A DNA stretch of 64,000 bases, from positions 496 through 64,495 of the forward strand of contig JBMDXA010000167.1 of the NCBI GenBank assembly GCA_048594725.1, read 5' to 3'. How positions within the stretch are numbered: the stretch's first letter is position 1; the number at the start of each line of letters is the position of its first letter. The DNA is from Candidatus Kapaibacteriota bacterium. Its GTDB lineage: Bacteria > Bacteroidota > Ignavibacteria > OLB7. Shown here in pieces: positions 51,261-62,171 of this stretch. Below the pieces are notes generated by a model that was not told the DNA's origin, did not search any database, and worked only from the letters and a program-made list of their open reading frames with translations. The translations under genes and the position numbers were made by a program.

Positions 51261-52910
51261 TTGAAGCTCCTTTCCTCATACCCTGGCCGTTTCGTCGTGG
51301 CGCTGGTTCTGCTGCTGGCAGGAGCCGCCGCCGGAAGGGCGCAGCCTATCGGTCCGAGCCTTCCTCTCTCGTTCAAAGCCGACAGCCTGCTTACCAGCAG
51401 CAGCGCGGCCGGGGCGGTCAATGAGCTGTGGGGCAATGTCCGTATCACGCAGGGGGTGGTGGTGATAGAGGCGAACAAGGCAGTGGTCTACGAGGCCACC
51501 AACAGCGCCATCTTCACCGGCAACGTCCGTGTTACGCAGCCCGGCATGATCCTTACCGCTCCCCGTGCCGATTACGACGGCAATTCCAGGCTCGCCACCG
51601 CTCCATCGGGGGTGACGCTTCAGGAGGAGGGGGCTACCCTCCAGGCCGGATACGGCACCTACAACATGTACAACCGCCATGCGCAGTTCCGCGAAGGGGT
51701 GGTGCTGCGCGATAGCAATGCCACGCTCAACGCCGCCGCCGGCGATTATTACTCCGTGGAGCGGCGGGCGGTGTTCACCGGAGGGGTACGGGTGCAGAGC
51801 GATTCCGGCGAGATCACCGCGCGCGACCTGACCTACTGGCGCGATTCCCGCGAAGCCTATGCGGTGGGAGATGTGGTGCTTATCTCCACCGACAACGGCG
51901 CCCGGCTGACCGGCGATACGCTCCGGCATCGTCCGGCGGTCGGCTATACGATGGCTACCGGATCGCCGAAACTGGTGAAGGTGGATACGGCGGTTGTGCG
52001 CGATACGGCGAGTGGTGATGGCGGCGGTGCGGTTGCCGCCACCTCCGTGCGGCGCGATACCACGACCATCACCGCCCGGTTGCTGGAGGCGTTCCGGACC
52101 GACCGCAACGAATACGTCGCCACCGACAGCGTCCGGCTGCGCCGGGGAGATCTGGAGGCGATCGGCGGGCTTGCCCGCTTCATTGAGGATGACGATGTGA
52201 TAGCGCTCGGCCCCGGCGGCCGGTGGTCCCGGAGAACCGATTCGGCCGTGACCGGAGTTCCTCCCCGGCGCGATTCCCTCGCCGCTGCGGGGGATTCTCT
52301 TGCTTCCGACGGTGATGGGGGAGATGAGCTGGCCGATGCCGCAACGCGAACCGGAGGTATCCCGCCGGTGGTCTGGTATCAGGGGTCGCAGTTGACAGGA
52401 GATACCATTACGGTGGGACTGATGGAGCGGAAGCTCCGATTCATCGATGTGGTGGGGAATGCCTTCGCCGTATCGGAGGGGAAGGTTCGCGGCCGGTACG
52501 ACCAGCTTGCGGCCGTACGCCTCTATTTCGATGTGCTCCTGGATACCATACGGAATGTGCGCGCCCAGGGGCTTGCCTCCAGCATCTATTTCCTCTACGA
52601 TTCGAATCTCCCCTCCGGAGTCAACAGGACATCGGGGGATACCATCAATATCGCGTTCGCCAACGGCCAGGCTACCGGCATCGGTATCATCGGGCGGCGC
52701 TCACGGGCCGAAGGGGAGTATTTTCCCGAGCCGATCGTGGCGGGGCAGGAAACCGCCTACCGGCTGGAAGGGTTTCGCTGGATAGGACGCGACGGCGCAA
52801 TTCAGGGGAACGCAGCCTCCCGGCCGAGCAGCGCGGCCGTGCCGCAGGGGGAGGTTCCCCCGGCCGATCAGCCCACGTCCACCCAGTCGCGGCCACGGTC
52901 ACCCCGCTAG
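51261..52910 (+). CDS. OstA/LptA-like (LptD N-terminal-fold) periplasmic protein
   Basis: Signal peptide, then repeated beta-jellyroll motifs ('..A....GNVRITQG...I.A.KA...') characteristic of OstA_N domains. Long for LptA (549 aa). Confidence 0.5.
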   Translation: MKLLSSYPGRFVVALVLLLAGAAAGRAQPIGPSLPLSFKADSLLTSSSAAGAVNELWGNVRITQGVVVIEANKAVVYEATNSAIFTGNVRVTQPGMILTAPRADYDGNSRLATAPSGVTLQEEGATLQAGYGTYNMYNRHAQFREGVVLRDSNATLNAAAGDYYSVERRAVFTGGVRVQSDSGEITARDLTYWRDSREAYAVGDVVLISTDNGARLTGDTLRHRPAVGYTMATGSPKLVKVDTAVVRDTASGDGGGAVAATSVRRDTTTITARLLEAFRTDRNEYVATDSVRLRRGDLEAIGGLARFIEDDDVIALGPGGRWSRRTDSAVTGVPPRRDSLAAAGDSLASDGDGGDELADAATRTGGIPPVVWYQGSQLTGDTITVGLMERKLRFIDVVGNAFAVSEGKVRGRYDQLAAVRLYFDVLLDTIRNVRAQGLASSIYFLYDSNLPSGVNRTSGDTINIAFANGQATGIGIIGRRSRAEGEYFPEPIVAGQETAYRLEGFRWIGRDGAIQGNAASRPSSAAVPQGEVPPADQPTSTQSRPRSPR

Positions 52911-52921
52911 GGAGTGCCGGG

Positions 52922-53728
52922 ATGACTATCTCATCCGGCCGGCGTTTCCGGCATCATACTGACATATCGAAGGAAATCATCATAGGGCGGTCTGTACGAT
53001 ATCATCCCTCCCCGGCACGCTCGCAGAGCCTGCGATTTATCGTCAGGTGGGGCCTGCTGCTGCTCGTCCTTTCGTTGCTGATCCCCTCGGTGGGGGGGGC
53101 GCAGGTCAGAGGAACTGGGGGTGATACGCTGAAGCCGGTGCGTCCGGTTCCCGATTCCACCGTGCGGGTTCCCTCAACCGGGGGAAGCTCCGGGCAGTAT
53201 CAGGGAACGGCGGATACGGCGGGGATGCAACGGCTTCGCGAGACCATCCGGCGCGATAGCGCGTGTGTGCGTGCCTACCTGGACAGTATCGCCAATACAC
53301 CGCTGGCAAGGATGCGCCGCAACCTGGCGATGAATCCGAGAGAGTGGATGACGTCGGATGCGGACCGGCGGCGGCGCGACGACGAGATAAAGAACTCGCA
53401 GAGCTGGGACGATATCCACCAGAATATCCCGCGTGCCGGAGTCTCCATACCGTTGCAGGCGATAGGACGGGCGCTGGGGCTGATAGAGGATGTCACCCCG
53501 CGTATCAAGTATACCCTCACCCGCACCGACAGCATCAGCGTGAAGGTCTACGACCTTACTGCCGGGGTCGTCCGCGTGATCGTCAACGGCGTGCAGAGCC
53601 CCGGCGTTTACGACTTCGATTGGGATATGGAGGACAACCGGGGACGCCGGGTGCTCGCCGGCGACTATATTGCCGAGGTGGTGGTCAATCGCCGGCTGGT
53701 TCTTCGCAAGAGGATCGAGGTGCCGTAA
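52922..53728 (+). CDS. Hypothetical secreted protein with C-terminal FlgD-Ig-like beta-sandwich domain
   Basis: Internal signal-like segment 'LLLLVLSLLIPSVGGAQ'. C-terminal 'ISVKVYDLTAGVVRVIVNGVQSPGVYDFDWDMEDNRGRRVLAGDYIAEVVV' resembles FlgD-Ig/T9SS-type-B-like domains. Start uncertain. Confidence 0.4.
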   Translation: MTISSGRRFRHHTDISKEIIIGRSVRYHPSPARSQSLRFIVRWGLLLLVLSLLIPSVGGAQVRGTGGDTLKPVRPVPDSTVRVPSTGGSSGQYQGTADTAGMQRLRETIRRDSACVRAYLDSIANTPLARMRRNLAMNPREWMTSDADRRRRDDEIKNSQSWDDIHQNIPRAGVSIPLQAIGRALGLIEDVTPRIKYTLTRTDSISVKVYDLTAGVVRVIVNGVQSPGVYDFDWDMEDNRGRRVLAGDYIAEVVVNRRLVLRKRIEVP

Positions 53729-53841
53729 AGCCCTTTTTCGGCCGGGAGCGGGCCATATGCTGCCAATGAAATCGGCTTGCAGGCGATTTCATCCCCTTTT
53801 CATGAAATTTACGAGGGTAGAAGTACGTTTACCCGGTTGCT

Positions 53842-54864
53842 ATGAATATAGGTACGATACAATTAGAGAAGGGCCTTCTGCTGGCGCCGATGGAGGATGT
53901 TACCGATCCCCCGTTCCGGAGGATCTGCAAGCGCCTTGGAGCCGACCTCGTCTACACCGAATTTATTTCGAGCGAGGGGCTGATCCGCGATGCAAAGCGG
54001 TCCAACCAGAAACTGACGCTGTATGATGATGAGCGGCCGGTTGCCATTCAGATCTTCGGCGGCGATGAGAGCGTGATGGCCGAGGCAGCGCGTATCGCCG
54101 AGGATGCCGGTCCCGATTTCATCGATATCAACTGCGGGTGCTGGGTGAAGAACGTGGTGGCCCGCAATGCCGGGGCGGCGCTTCTGAAGGATCTCCCTGC
54201 CATGGAGCGCCTTACCAGGACCGTGGTGGATGCGGTGAAACTGCCGGTGACGGTGAAGACCCGTCTGGGGTGGGATCGTAATTCCATCCGGATCGTGGAG
54301 GTGGCGAAGATGCTGGAACAGACCGGTATCCAGGCGCTCGCGCTCCACTGCCGCACGCGCGATCAGGGCCATGAAGGGGTGGCCTCGTGGGAGTATATCG
54401 AGCAGGTGCGGAACGCCATCCGGATTCCTGTGATTCTGAACGGCGATGTGAAGACCCCGGATGATGTGCGCCGTGCGTTCGATACCGGCGCCGATGCGGT
54501 GATGATCGGCCGTGCCGCCATCGCCAATCCCTGGATCTTCCGCGACGCCAAGCATTTCATGGCTCATGGCGAAGTGCCCCCCACTCCGGATCTCGATGAG
54601 CGGATCAGGGTGGCGCTGGAGCACCTTCGCCTCTCCATCGAGTACAAGGGGGACCGGTACGGCATCATCGAATTCCGCAAGTACTGGGGAGGATATCTCC
54701 ATTCGATGCCCCTGGCCTCCACGGTTCGCAAGGAACTGGTGGTGATGAACAGCGTGGAGGAGCTGGAGGCCCGCATCGACCGCTACCGCGAAGAGGTGGA
54801 TGCATTCATCCGCCAGCGGGAGGAGTGGCAGAGCCAGGACGTTCCCGAGGCGGTGGCCGCCTAG
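53842..54864 (+). CDS. dus: tRNA-dihydrouridine synthase (DusB-like)
   Basis: 'LAPMEDVTDPPFRRIC', 'IDINCGCWVKNV' (catalytic Cys), and TIM-barrel FMN motifs. Confidence 0.9.
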   Translation: MNIGTIQLEKGLLLAPMEDVTDPPFRRICKRLGADLVYTEFISSEGLIRDAKRSNQKLTLYDDERPVAIQIFGGDESVMAEAARIAEDAGPDFIDINCGCWVKNVVARNAGAALLKDLPAMERLTRTVVDAVKLPVTVKTRLGWDRNSIRIVEVAKMLEQTGIQALALHCRTRDQGHEGVASWEYIEQVRNAIRIPVILNGDVKTPDDVRRAFDTGADAVMIGRAAIANPWIFRDAKHFMAHGEVPPTPDLDERIRVALEHLRLSIEYKGDRYGIIEFRKYWGGYLHSMPLASTVRKELVVMNSVEELEARIDRYREEVDAFIRQREEWQSQDVPEAVAA

Positions 54865-55028
54865 AGCCCGCGGGGGGATATCCTCAGAAACGACATGCAA
54901 GACAAAGCCTGGAAGGATAACTCCTCCGGGCTTTCTCGTTTCCGCGGAAAACGGCAGGAAAACAGGAAAGGCGGGCCGGGTGATTCCGGCTCCGCCTCTG
55001 GTACTGTTCGGGGGGAGTACGCCGCTTC

Positions 55029-55589
55029 TTATGCGGTTGCATTCTCGGCCGGGGCCGGAACTTCCTCGGCGGCCTTCAGAAGCTCCACCTCGATGTTGAT
55101 CTTCACTTCATCACCCACCAGCAGGCCACCTGCCTCCAGAACCTGGTTCCACTCAAGACCCCACTCCTTGCGGCTGATCTTGGTGTGCGCGCTGAATCCG
55201 GCGCTGGTGGTTCCCCAGGGGCTGGTCATCACGCCGGAATACTCGGTATCGAGGGTCACCGGATGGGAAATGCCACGGATGCTGAGATCGCCATGCACGC
55301 GGAGATTGTTGCCGCTGGCCTTCTCCACGCTCGTGCTCTTGAAGGTCATCAGGCTGTTCTCATCGGCACCGAAGAAATCGGCCGAGCGGAGATGGGCATC
55401 GCGCTGCTCGTCGCGCGTGTTGATGCTGGCGGTGTTGACCGTCACATCGATCTTCAGAGAGGTGAGGTCGTTCGGATCGAAATCGACCGTGCCGCTGAAA
55501 TCCTCGAAGCGTCCGCGGACGTTGGAGATCATCATGTGGCGGACGGTGAATTCCACCTGCGAATGCGATTTATCGATGGTCCATGCCAT
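55029..55589 (-). CDS. YceI-family polyisoprenoid-binding protein
   Basis: 'WTIDKSHSQVEFTVRHMMISNVRGRF' and 'GDLSIRGISHPVTLD' match the YceI lipocalin-like fold. Confidence 0.85.
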   Translation of the reverse strand: MAWTIDKSHSQVEFTVRHMMISNVRGRFEDFSGTVDFDPNDLTSLKIDVTVNTASINTRDEQRDAHLRSADFFGADENSLMTFKSTSVEKASGNNLRVHGDLSIRGISHPVTLDTEYSGVMTSPWGTTSAGFSAHTKISRKEWGLEWNQVLEAGGLLVGDEVKINIEVELLKAAEEVPAPAENATA

Positions 55590-56061
55590 GGTCGTAGTCT
55601 CCCTTGAAGTTGAAATATTGAATGTTCACTATCTGTTGAGTTCCTCGCGTGCCGGGGGCGCTGGGAGCCGGAATGACAGATACAGCCTGTACATGCCGTT
55701 CCGGAACTCCCGCTGCTCCCCGGGTCCGGTCCCATCATCATGCCGGAGGAGGGGGATTGCCATGATGACCGGGACAGGAGCGAAGTATTGGATGCAAACT
55801 TACGTCGAAACATTATTCGTTGCAACAAGAATATTCTTTCCAGCAGACGAGTTCTCATCCCAACTATTTCAAGCCGGAATCAAAAACGCCCTATCTGGGC
55901 TGGAATCAGGGAAAAGGTGACGGGGGAGGGATTGAAAAAAATAGATCGTGATGCTGCGGCGCTGCCGGGCTGTTCCAAGAACGCCTGAGATCCTTCCCGG
56001 TGGGGGCTTCGGGGATGGCAGGGAAACCATCTGAACCGGCATGAACGTGCCGCCCGGCATG

Positions 56062-56736
56062 CTACACGCCTCTGGTATCGGGATGCCAGATGAATTTGTG
56101 GAGCTGAAGCTGGAACCGGACATCGAGGCCATCCTCCAGAATCCAGTTGACCAGGTCCACCGGCTCGATGGAGCCGAAGATGGGAGAGATGAGGATGGAG
56201 CCGACCCTGGCGCTGAGATCGAACCGCCGGACGATCTCGCGGGCCCATTCGTAATCCTCGCGCGAGCCGCAGACGAACTTCACCTCGTCATTTCCGGTGA
56301 GTATCTCCAGGTTCTCCATCCGGTTCCGCTTGCTCATGCCGGAGCTGGGGGTTTTCAGATCCATGATCCGGATCACCCTGGGATCGCACGCCGAAACATC
56401 GATATGCCCGCCGGTTTCCACCGCCACGGTATAGCCGTCATCCAGCAGTTCCCGCATCAGCTCGTGCACCTCCGGCTGTTCCAGCGGTTCGCCGCCGGTG
56501 AACTCCACGAACCGCGTGGGGTGGCGTTCCACCTCGGCGCGGATCTCTTCGAAGCTCTTCCACTCCCCTCCGATTCTGTGATCCAGGGCATAGGGGGTAT
56601 CGCAGTAGGTGCAGCGAAGCCCGCAGCCGTGCAGCCGCACGAACGTGCAGGGGAGCCCGGCACGTGTCCCCTCTCCCTGAACGGAAAAGAAGATCTCGTT
56701 GAGCTTGAGATGGCGGGGCCGGATCGGCTTTATCAT
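56062..56736 (-). CDS. queE: 7-carboxy-7-deazaguanine synthase QueE (radical SAM)
   Basis: 'LKLNEIFFSVQGEGTRAGLPCTFVRLHGCGLRCTYCDT' with the CxxxCxxC variant typical of QueE. Start at MIKPI. Confidence 0.88.
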   Translation of the reverse strand: MIKPIRPRHLKLNEIFFSVQGEGTRAGLPCTFVRLHGCGLRCTYCDTPYALDHRIGGEWKSFEEIRAEVERHPTRFVEFTGGEPLEQPEVHELMRELLDDGYTVAVETGGHIDVSACDPRVIRIMDLKTPSSGMSKRNRMENLEILTGNDEVKFVCGSREDYEWAREIVRRFDLSARVGSILISPIFGSIEPVDLVNWILEDGLDVRFQLQLHKFIWHPDTRGV

Positions 56737-56855
56737 GATAATCTCTGAAAGTTCATCCGGATGACGAGAAGGGCGGAGCATTCGTCTACCGGCTCCGGTA
56801 ACGGAGTGATAGTTACGAGTGTCCCGCCCTTTTCGCGTTTCGCGCGAGATGGATG

Positions 56856-57875
56856 CTAGAACTGCTCCAGCATCCGTACGTCGTTTTCGTAGAAGAGCCT
56901 GATATCATCCAGCCCGATGCCCAGCATCTGGGTGCGCTCGATCCCCATGCCGAAGGCATAGCCGCTGTAGATGTCCGGATCGATGCCGCAGTTGCGGAGG
57001 ACGTTCGGGTGGATCATGCCGCAGCCCAGAATCTCCAGCCAGCCGCTCTGCTTGCAGATGCGGCAGCCATTCCCCCCGCAGAGGAAGCAGGTGATATCCA
57101 TTTCGGCCGAGGGCTCGGTGAAGGGGAAGTAGGAGGGACGGAACCGGAGCTTCACATCATCGCCGTAATAGGCTTTGGCGAACTCCAGGAGCGTTCCTTT
57201 CAGCTGCGCCATCGTCACCCCCTTGTCGATATAGAGCCCCTCGATCTGGTGGAACTCGGCCAGGTGACGCACGGAGATCGCCTCCTTGCGCGCCACGCGT
57301 CCCGGCATGATGGCCCGGATGGGGGGCTTCTGCGACTGCATGACACGGATCTGCACCGGGGAGGTATGGGTGCGCAGGAGGATATCATCCCGTCCCTCGC
57401 TCTTGACGAAGAAGGTATCCTGCATGTCGCGCGCCGGGTGGTCCGGCGGGAAGTTCAATGCGGCGAAGTTGTGATAATCATCCTCTACCATCGGCCCGGT
57501 AGCCACGGAGAATCCCATACGGATGAAGATCTCCTCCATACGCGCCTTGGCCTGCATGATGGGGTGTTCGTGGCCGTGATAGAGCTTCCGCCCCGGAAGG
57601 GTGGCATCCCGGCCCGGCTGCGCCGGTTCCTGGGCCGATGTGGCGGCCTGTGCCTCGGCAAAGGCCCCCTCGGCGAAGGTGCGAAGCTCGTTCAGCGCCT
57701 GCCCGGCCTCCCGCTTCTGTTCCTTGGGCACCTCGCGAAGCCTGTCGAAAAGCCCGGCGATGGTTCCCTTGCGAACCAGATGTTTCAGGCGGAAAGCCTC
57801 GGCCGAGCCATTGGAGGCAAGCCCGGCGATCTCTTGTTCTATCTGCGAGCGGAGTTCGGTGATTTCGTTCAGCAT
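56856..57875 (-). CDS. pheS: Phenylalanine--tRNA ligase alpha subunit
   Basis: 339 aa with class II aaRS motifs ('[12 protein letters not shown]', '[10 protein letters not shown]', '[11 protein letters not shown]'). Confidence 0.95.
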   Translation of the reverse strand: MLNEITELRSQIEQEIAGLASNGSAEAFRLKHLVRKGTIAGLFDRLREVPKEQKREAGQALNELRTFAEGAFAEAQAATSAQEPAQPGRDATLPGRKLYHGHEHPIMQAKARMEEIFIRMGFSVATGPMVEDDYHNFAALNFPPDHPARDMQDTFFVKSEGRDDILLRTHTSPVQIRVMQSQKPPIRAIMPGRVARKEAISVRHLAEFHQIEGLYIDKGVTMAQLKGTLLEFAKAYYGDDVKLRFRPSYFPFTEPSAEMDITCFLCGGNGCRICKQSGWLEILGCGMIHPNVLRNCGIDPDIYSGYAFGMGIERTQMLGIGLDDIRLFYENDVRMLEQF

Positions 57876-58105
57876 GAGCTATCGGCTTCCATGAGCGGAG
57901 AATTCTGCGACTGTTGCCATATCGCTCCTCCGGGTATCCCGGAGGGCCGGCGTAAGATACAAGGCGGCTGCCTGATTCCAGCACGATTGCCGCCTCTGCG
58001 GCGGGACGCGAAGCGGGCAGCAGCGTGCCTGGTGACTACTAAACTACAAATCCCCTTCTCGCATGCGAAAAGGGGATCTGCACATGTTCATCCGGTGATG
58101 ATCGA

Positions 58106-58453
58106 TCAGCCCTTTGCGTGCTCGACGATCATCTTGAACACCTCCGGCTCGTGCATGGCGATCTCGGCCAGCACCTTCCGGTTGATGACGAGATTCTTCT
58201 TGTTCAGCGCGTCGATCAGGCGGCTGTAGGTAGTGCCGTTGAGACGCGCCGCAGCGTTGATGCGGACGATCCAGAGGCGGCGGTAATTCCGCTTCTTGAG
58301 GCGGCGGTCGCGGAAGGCGTGCGAAAGACCCTTCTCGACGTGGTTCTTGGCAATCGTCCAGACGTTGCTACGCTCGCCCCAGTATCCCTTGGCAAGCTGT
58401 AATACGCGCCGGCGGCGTTCACGTGAGGCGACCTTGTTCTTTGAACGTGGCAT
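58106..58453 (-). CDS. rplT: 50S ribosomal protein L20
   Basis: '[26 protein letters not shown]...[13 protein letters not shown]'. Confidence 0.97.
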   Translation of the reverse strand: MPRSKNKVASRERRRRVLQLAKGYWGERSNVWTIAKNHVEKGLSHAFRDRRLKKRNYRRLWIVRINAAARLNGTTYSRLIDALNKKNLVINRKVLAEIAMHEPEVFKMIVEHAKG

Positions 58454-58719
58454 AGTTCTCCTTTACAGATTTTGAGAGTTGTTCAGGCGCAGGCGAGTAT
58501 CTGTGCGGCCTAGTGCCGTCGCCCCAGACGCATCGGAAGCCGGGTGCTGCCATCAAAAAGGAGGATGGCGGCGGGGCTGCCGGAGAGCATGGGCACATCG
58601 CCGTGCGCGGTAGTTATGATGCTGCGATTTTCTAGTGAAAACCGCATCCGCCTTCTATGGCGGAGGAACCATTCCCAACGGATCGGGAGGATGGCGGGGT
58701 ATCGGCGGGGAGGCCGGAA

Positions 58720-58914
58720 TTACATTCCGAGCATCCGCTTGATACGGGGGGCGTCGACGTCTGCAACGACATCGCTGGCACGAAGATGACGCAGACGCTT
58801 CGGCGCCTTCTTCGTAAGAATGTGGCTGCGGTTGGCCTTCTCGTGGACCAGCTTTCCGGTGCCGGTCACCTTGAAGCGCTTTGCCACAGACCGTACGGTC
58901 TTCATCTTGGGCAT
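58720..58914 (-). CDS. rpmI: 50S ribosomal protein L35
   Basis: 64 aa, '[22 protein letters not shown]...'. Confidence 0.95.
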   Translation of the reverse strand: MPKMKTVRSVAKRFKVTGTGKLVHEKANRSHILTKKAPKRLRHLRASDVVADVDAPRIKRMLGM

Positions 58915-59035
58915 GAACTGCTCCTGGATTGATGATAGGGGTCTAAACGGACAACTTTCGCTTTACATAAAAGACGGCCTTGCGTCCGCGCTGGAGCAGC
59001 GGGCGATAACAATGAGATCGAATACGCTCGGGCCG

Positions 59036-59545
59036 TTACGCTTTCTTCTTCTTGGTAAGATCAGGTGCCAGGATGATCGACATGTTACGGCCATCCATAC
59101 GAATGGCCTGATCGACCTTGGCATCCTCGACAAGAATGTCGATGATACCCTGGAGCAGTTCCCGGCCGACCTCCTGATGAGTGATCTCGCGCCCCTTGAA
59201 GACCACGGTGAACTTCACCTTGTGTCCTTCCTGGAGGAATTCGCGCGCGTGACGGGTCTTGAAATCGACGTCGTGCGTGTCGGTACGCGGATGCAGGCGC
59301 ACTTCCTTGAGTTGCTGCTGATGCTGGTTCTTCCGCTGGGTCTTGTCGCGCTTCTGCTGCTCATACTTGAACTTGCCGAAGTCGATGATCTTACAGACCG
59401 GAGGATTCGCCTGCGGTGCAATTTCGACCAGATCGAGCTCACGGTCCTGCGCAAGCTGGAGAGCTTCGCGCGACGACATGACGCCGAGCTGTTCACCATG
59501 CTCGTCCACGACACGGATGCGAGGGGCTCTGATGTCCCTGTTCAC
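59036..59545 (-). CDS. infC: Translation initiation factor IF-3
   Basis: 'IRAPRIRVVDEHGEQLGVMS', plus the C-terminal domain 'VRLHPRTDTHDVDFKTRHAREFL'. It heads the minus-strand infC-rpmI-rplT-pheS cluster. Confidence 0.9.
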   Translation of the reverse strand: MNRDIRAPRIRVVDEHGEQLGVMSSREALQLAQDRELDLVEIAPQANPPVCKIIDFGKFKYEQQKRDKTQRKNQHQQQLKEVRLHPRTDTHDVDFKTRHAREFLQEGHKVKFTVVFKGREITHQEVGRELLQGIIDILVEDAKVDQAIRMDGRNMSIILAPDLTKKKKA

Positions 59546-59795
59546 GCGAGGGCCTTGCTGGCGTGGTGCGTTCTGTGGCTGATTCCTGAGTATTGCTGTG
59601 CTCCCGGATGTGAGAATAACTGAATTGCCTACTATACGGCACGATAGCCGGTAAAATTACGTATTGAATGCCGTATCACAAAAACCTTTCATCGGTATCG
59701 GGGGCTCTTTGCACGAAAAAGTGGGTAACTTCCTGTTTCCGTGCCGCCGCAATGGCAGCCCACGTTCCTTTCCCATGCCCCAACTACCAAATCCG

Positions 59796-60659
59796 ATGCC
59801 GGAAGTAACGATGCTGGCCCCGGCCAAGATCAATCTTGGCCTGGAGGTGATCCGCCGCCGAAACGATGGATTTCACGATATCAACACCGTATTTGCCGCC
59901 GTGGGGGTGTTCGATACCATTACCCTGGCGCTCCGGCCCGACCGCGAGATGGTGCTGCGCGTGGAGGGAAACCGGGAGCTGGAGACGGGGGAGGGGAACC
60001 TTTGCGTGCAGGCCGCCCGCCGGCTCCGGCAGATCGCCGGGGAGGAGCTGCCGGGGCTGGATATCACCCTGGAGAAACGGATTCCGATGGGGGCTGGGCT
60101 CGGTGGCGGAAGCTCCGATGCCGCGGCCGTGCTCCGGGGGGCCGCAACACTGTGGGGGATACCGGTTGATGAGGATCAAATGAACCGCCTGGCGCTCGGG
60201 CTGGGCAGCGACGTCCCCTTCTTTCTTTCCGGTGCCATCTCCCAGGCGTCATCGCGAGGGGAGCTGCTGGTGCCGCTGGATATCGATCTCTCGGGGCTCT
60301 CCGTCCTTCTGCTGAACCCCGGGATTCATGTCCCCACCCCCTGGGCCTACAATGCGGTGGAGCGGACCGCAGAGCGCCCCGCGAGCGATCTTGCCGCAAC
60401 GCTCCGCCGTGGGCTGCTTCGCCCGGAGATCCTTCGCGAGGAGGTCACCAACGATTTCGAGAGAGGAGTATTCGCCCGGTATCCCCGTCTGGCGGAGATC
60501 AAAGACGATTTGTACCGGTCCGGCGCCATCTTCGCCCTTATGTCGGGGAGCGGCTCCACCCTGTTCGGCCTGTTCCGGAGCAGGGAGGAGGCCGAGAGGG
60601 CGGCCGGCAGTTTTCCAGGGTGCTGGAGCGCCGTTGCGGATTTCCTTACATCTGTATGA
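59796..60659 (+). CDS. ispE: 4-diphosphocytidyl-2-C-methyl-D-erythritol kinase
   Basis: 'APAKINLGLEV', GHMP kinase 'IPMGAGLGGGSSDAAA'. Start chosen at the third in-frame Met, giving ~287 aa. Confidence 0.85.
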   Translation: MPEVTMLAPAKINLGLEVIRRRNDGFHDINTVFAAVGVFDTITLALRPDREMVLRVEGNRELETGEGNLCVQAARRLRQIAGEELPGLDITLEKRIPMGAGLGGGSSDAAAVLRGAATLWGIPVDEDQMNRLALGLGSDVPFFLSGAISQASSRGELLVPLDIDLSGLSVLLLNPGIHVPTPWAYNAVERTAERPASDLAATLRRGLLRPEILREEVTNDFERGVFARYPRLAEIKDDLYRSGAIFALMSGSGSTLFGLFRSREEAERAAGSFPGCWSAVADFLTSV

Positions 60660-60686
60660 CATCGTATCGGCCGAAGCGATCACCCC

Positions 60687-61538
60687 TTATGATTCGTCTT
60701 CATTCTCCCCGAGATTCCCGGACAGGAGCGGGAGCGATGGAGCCGGGGAGATCCGCCGTTCGGGCTGCGGCAGGGCCAGCGGGATATCGATGGGAGTGAT
60801 CGGATACTGGACGATCATCCGGGAATCGACCACACCGACCCCCACCTTCCCCCGCAGCTTTCCCCGCGAGGGGATGGCAACCCTGGCCTGAAGCGACGAA
60901 TCGTACCAGCGCCCCTCCCGTACCGCGTCGAGACGCCTGTTGAGTATGGCGCTATCGATTTCATATATTGAGCGGAGTCCGGGAACCGAGCTGTCGGCGA
61001 ATGCGAGAACCCTTGCCGGCGACCCCCCGTGGACGTATACCACCATACCAGAGCGAACGTTGCCGAAAAGCTTCGTGCCGGTCTCGTTGCTGATGCGGAC
61101 ACAGCCGTGGGATGAGGGGCGCCGCCCAAGGAACCGATAGTAGGATTTACTATCCAGCCCGTGGAATCCGATGCCGCCGTCGAACTGCATCCAGTAGTTC
61201 AGATACACCTGAAATTGCTGCGAAAGTGCCTTTTTTGCCCGTCCGCCGACTGTGAAGATCCCCTGGCGGGTGGCGATACCATCGGGGATGCGGGGATCGC
61301 CCGTGGAGCAGGGATAGCTGTCCACCCGTCCGCTCCGGAAGTGCTGGTGGATCATCTGCTCATCCAGCCGGACCTCCAGGTAGGTGCTGTCCAGCAGGAA
61401 GAGCGTATCGCGAAGCCTGCTGAACGAAGGCTCGTACCGGGCATCCGAAAAGGGGGCCGACGGCTGGGCGGAGAGGGCTCCCGGTGTTGCAAGAGCGCCG
61501 AGAAGCAGGAGTAGTGCCGGAAGAACAATGTGCATCAT
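60687..61538 (-). CDS. L,D-transpeptidase (YkuD domain) family protein
   Basis: Signal peptide; catalytic 'SHGCVRISN' motif. Confidence 0.8.
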   Translation of the reverse strand: MMHIVLPALLLLLGALATPGALSAQPSAPFSDARYEPSFSRLRDTLFLLDSTYLEVRLDEQMIHQHFRSGRVDSYPCSTGDPRIPDGIATRQGIFTVGGRAKKALSQQFQVYLNYWMQFDGGIGFHGLDSKSYYRFLGRRPSSHGCVRISNETGTKLFGNVRSGMVVYVHGGSPARVLAFADSSVPGLRSIYEIDSAILNRRLDAVREGRWYDSSLQARVAIPSRGKLRGKVGVGVVDSRMIVQYPITPIDIPLALPQPERRISPAPSLPLLSGNLGENEDES

Positions 61539-62171
61539 CGCTGGTACCTGATAACGATTGGTTCAGGACCAAACTACGAACAATAGCCGTGCTGATGATG
61601 CAGTGAAGTATGGTGTCGGTCCGAATGGAACGCTTCTTGATAAGTGTGAGGACACACAGCAACTATATATATGGTTGCTCGTAACACGGACAGGTGGTTC
61701 GGTGTAGATACAGAAGCGGCAGGTTCATTGGCAACAATGGCAGGATTCGGGAACGATAGTCACGGGGTGTGACATAACGTCACGTCCGCCGTTCCTCTAC
61801 CGGAGGTGCGGATCGTTCTCCGATGCGACTTCAGGGCCCGGTAGGTGGTCTTTGAAGTTGGCAGGTTCCGCTAACACAGAGGCGGCTGAAGTGTTGAAAA
61901 CAGAGCCGATGGAGAGGATCGCCACCGATGGGGGTGGCAATGATAGCCGGTAGGGCATTCAACCTTCCCTCGCTCTATGCGTTCAAACAATTAAAACCTG
62001 TTAATGTTGTCTTTGATAAGAGAGTGCCAAATGCAGCAGATGTGCAGGAATGGCGGACAGAAGATCCCGGTTGTTGTACTGGCATGCATTTGGAGTTGAA
62101 AGAGAGTTAAAAGTTGTTAACCTTCGGACTCGATAGCGTGTGAGAAGAAACGGTTAGGTAAAAGTAGATGT

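Noticed and set aside
56853-59623. Plus-strand ORFs (56853-58229, 58820-59623) opposite the pheS-rplT-rpmI-infC cluster
   Set aside because: Antisense to universally conserved translation genes.
59546-59795. Possible upstream extension of infC with a non-ATG (ATT) start, and alternative ispE starts at 59664/59775
   Set aside because: The IF-3 conserved N-terminus begins right at the annotated Met. For ispE, the upstream Met codons add non-conserved residues, so the shorter model is preferred.
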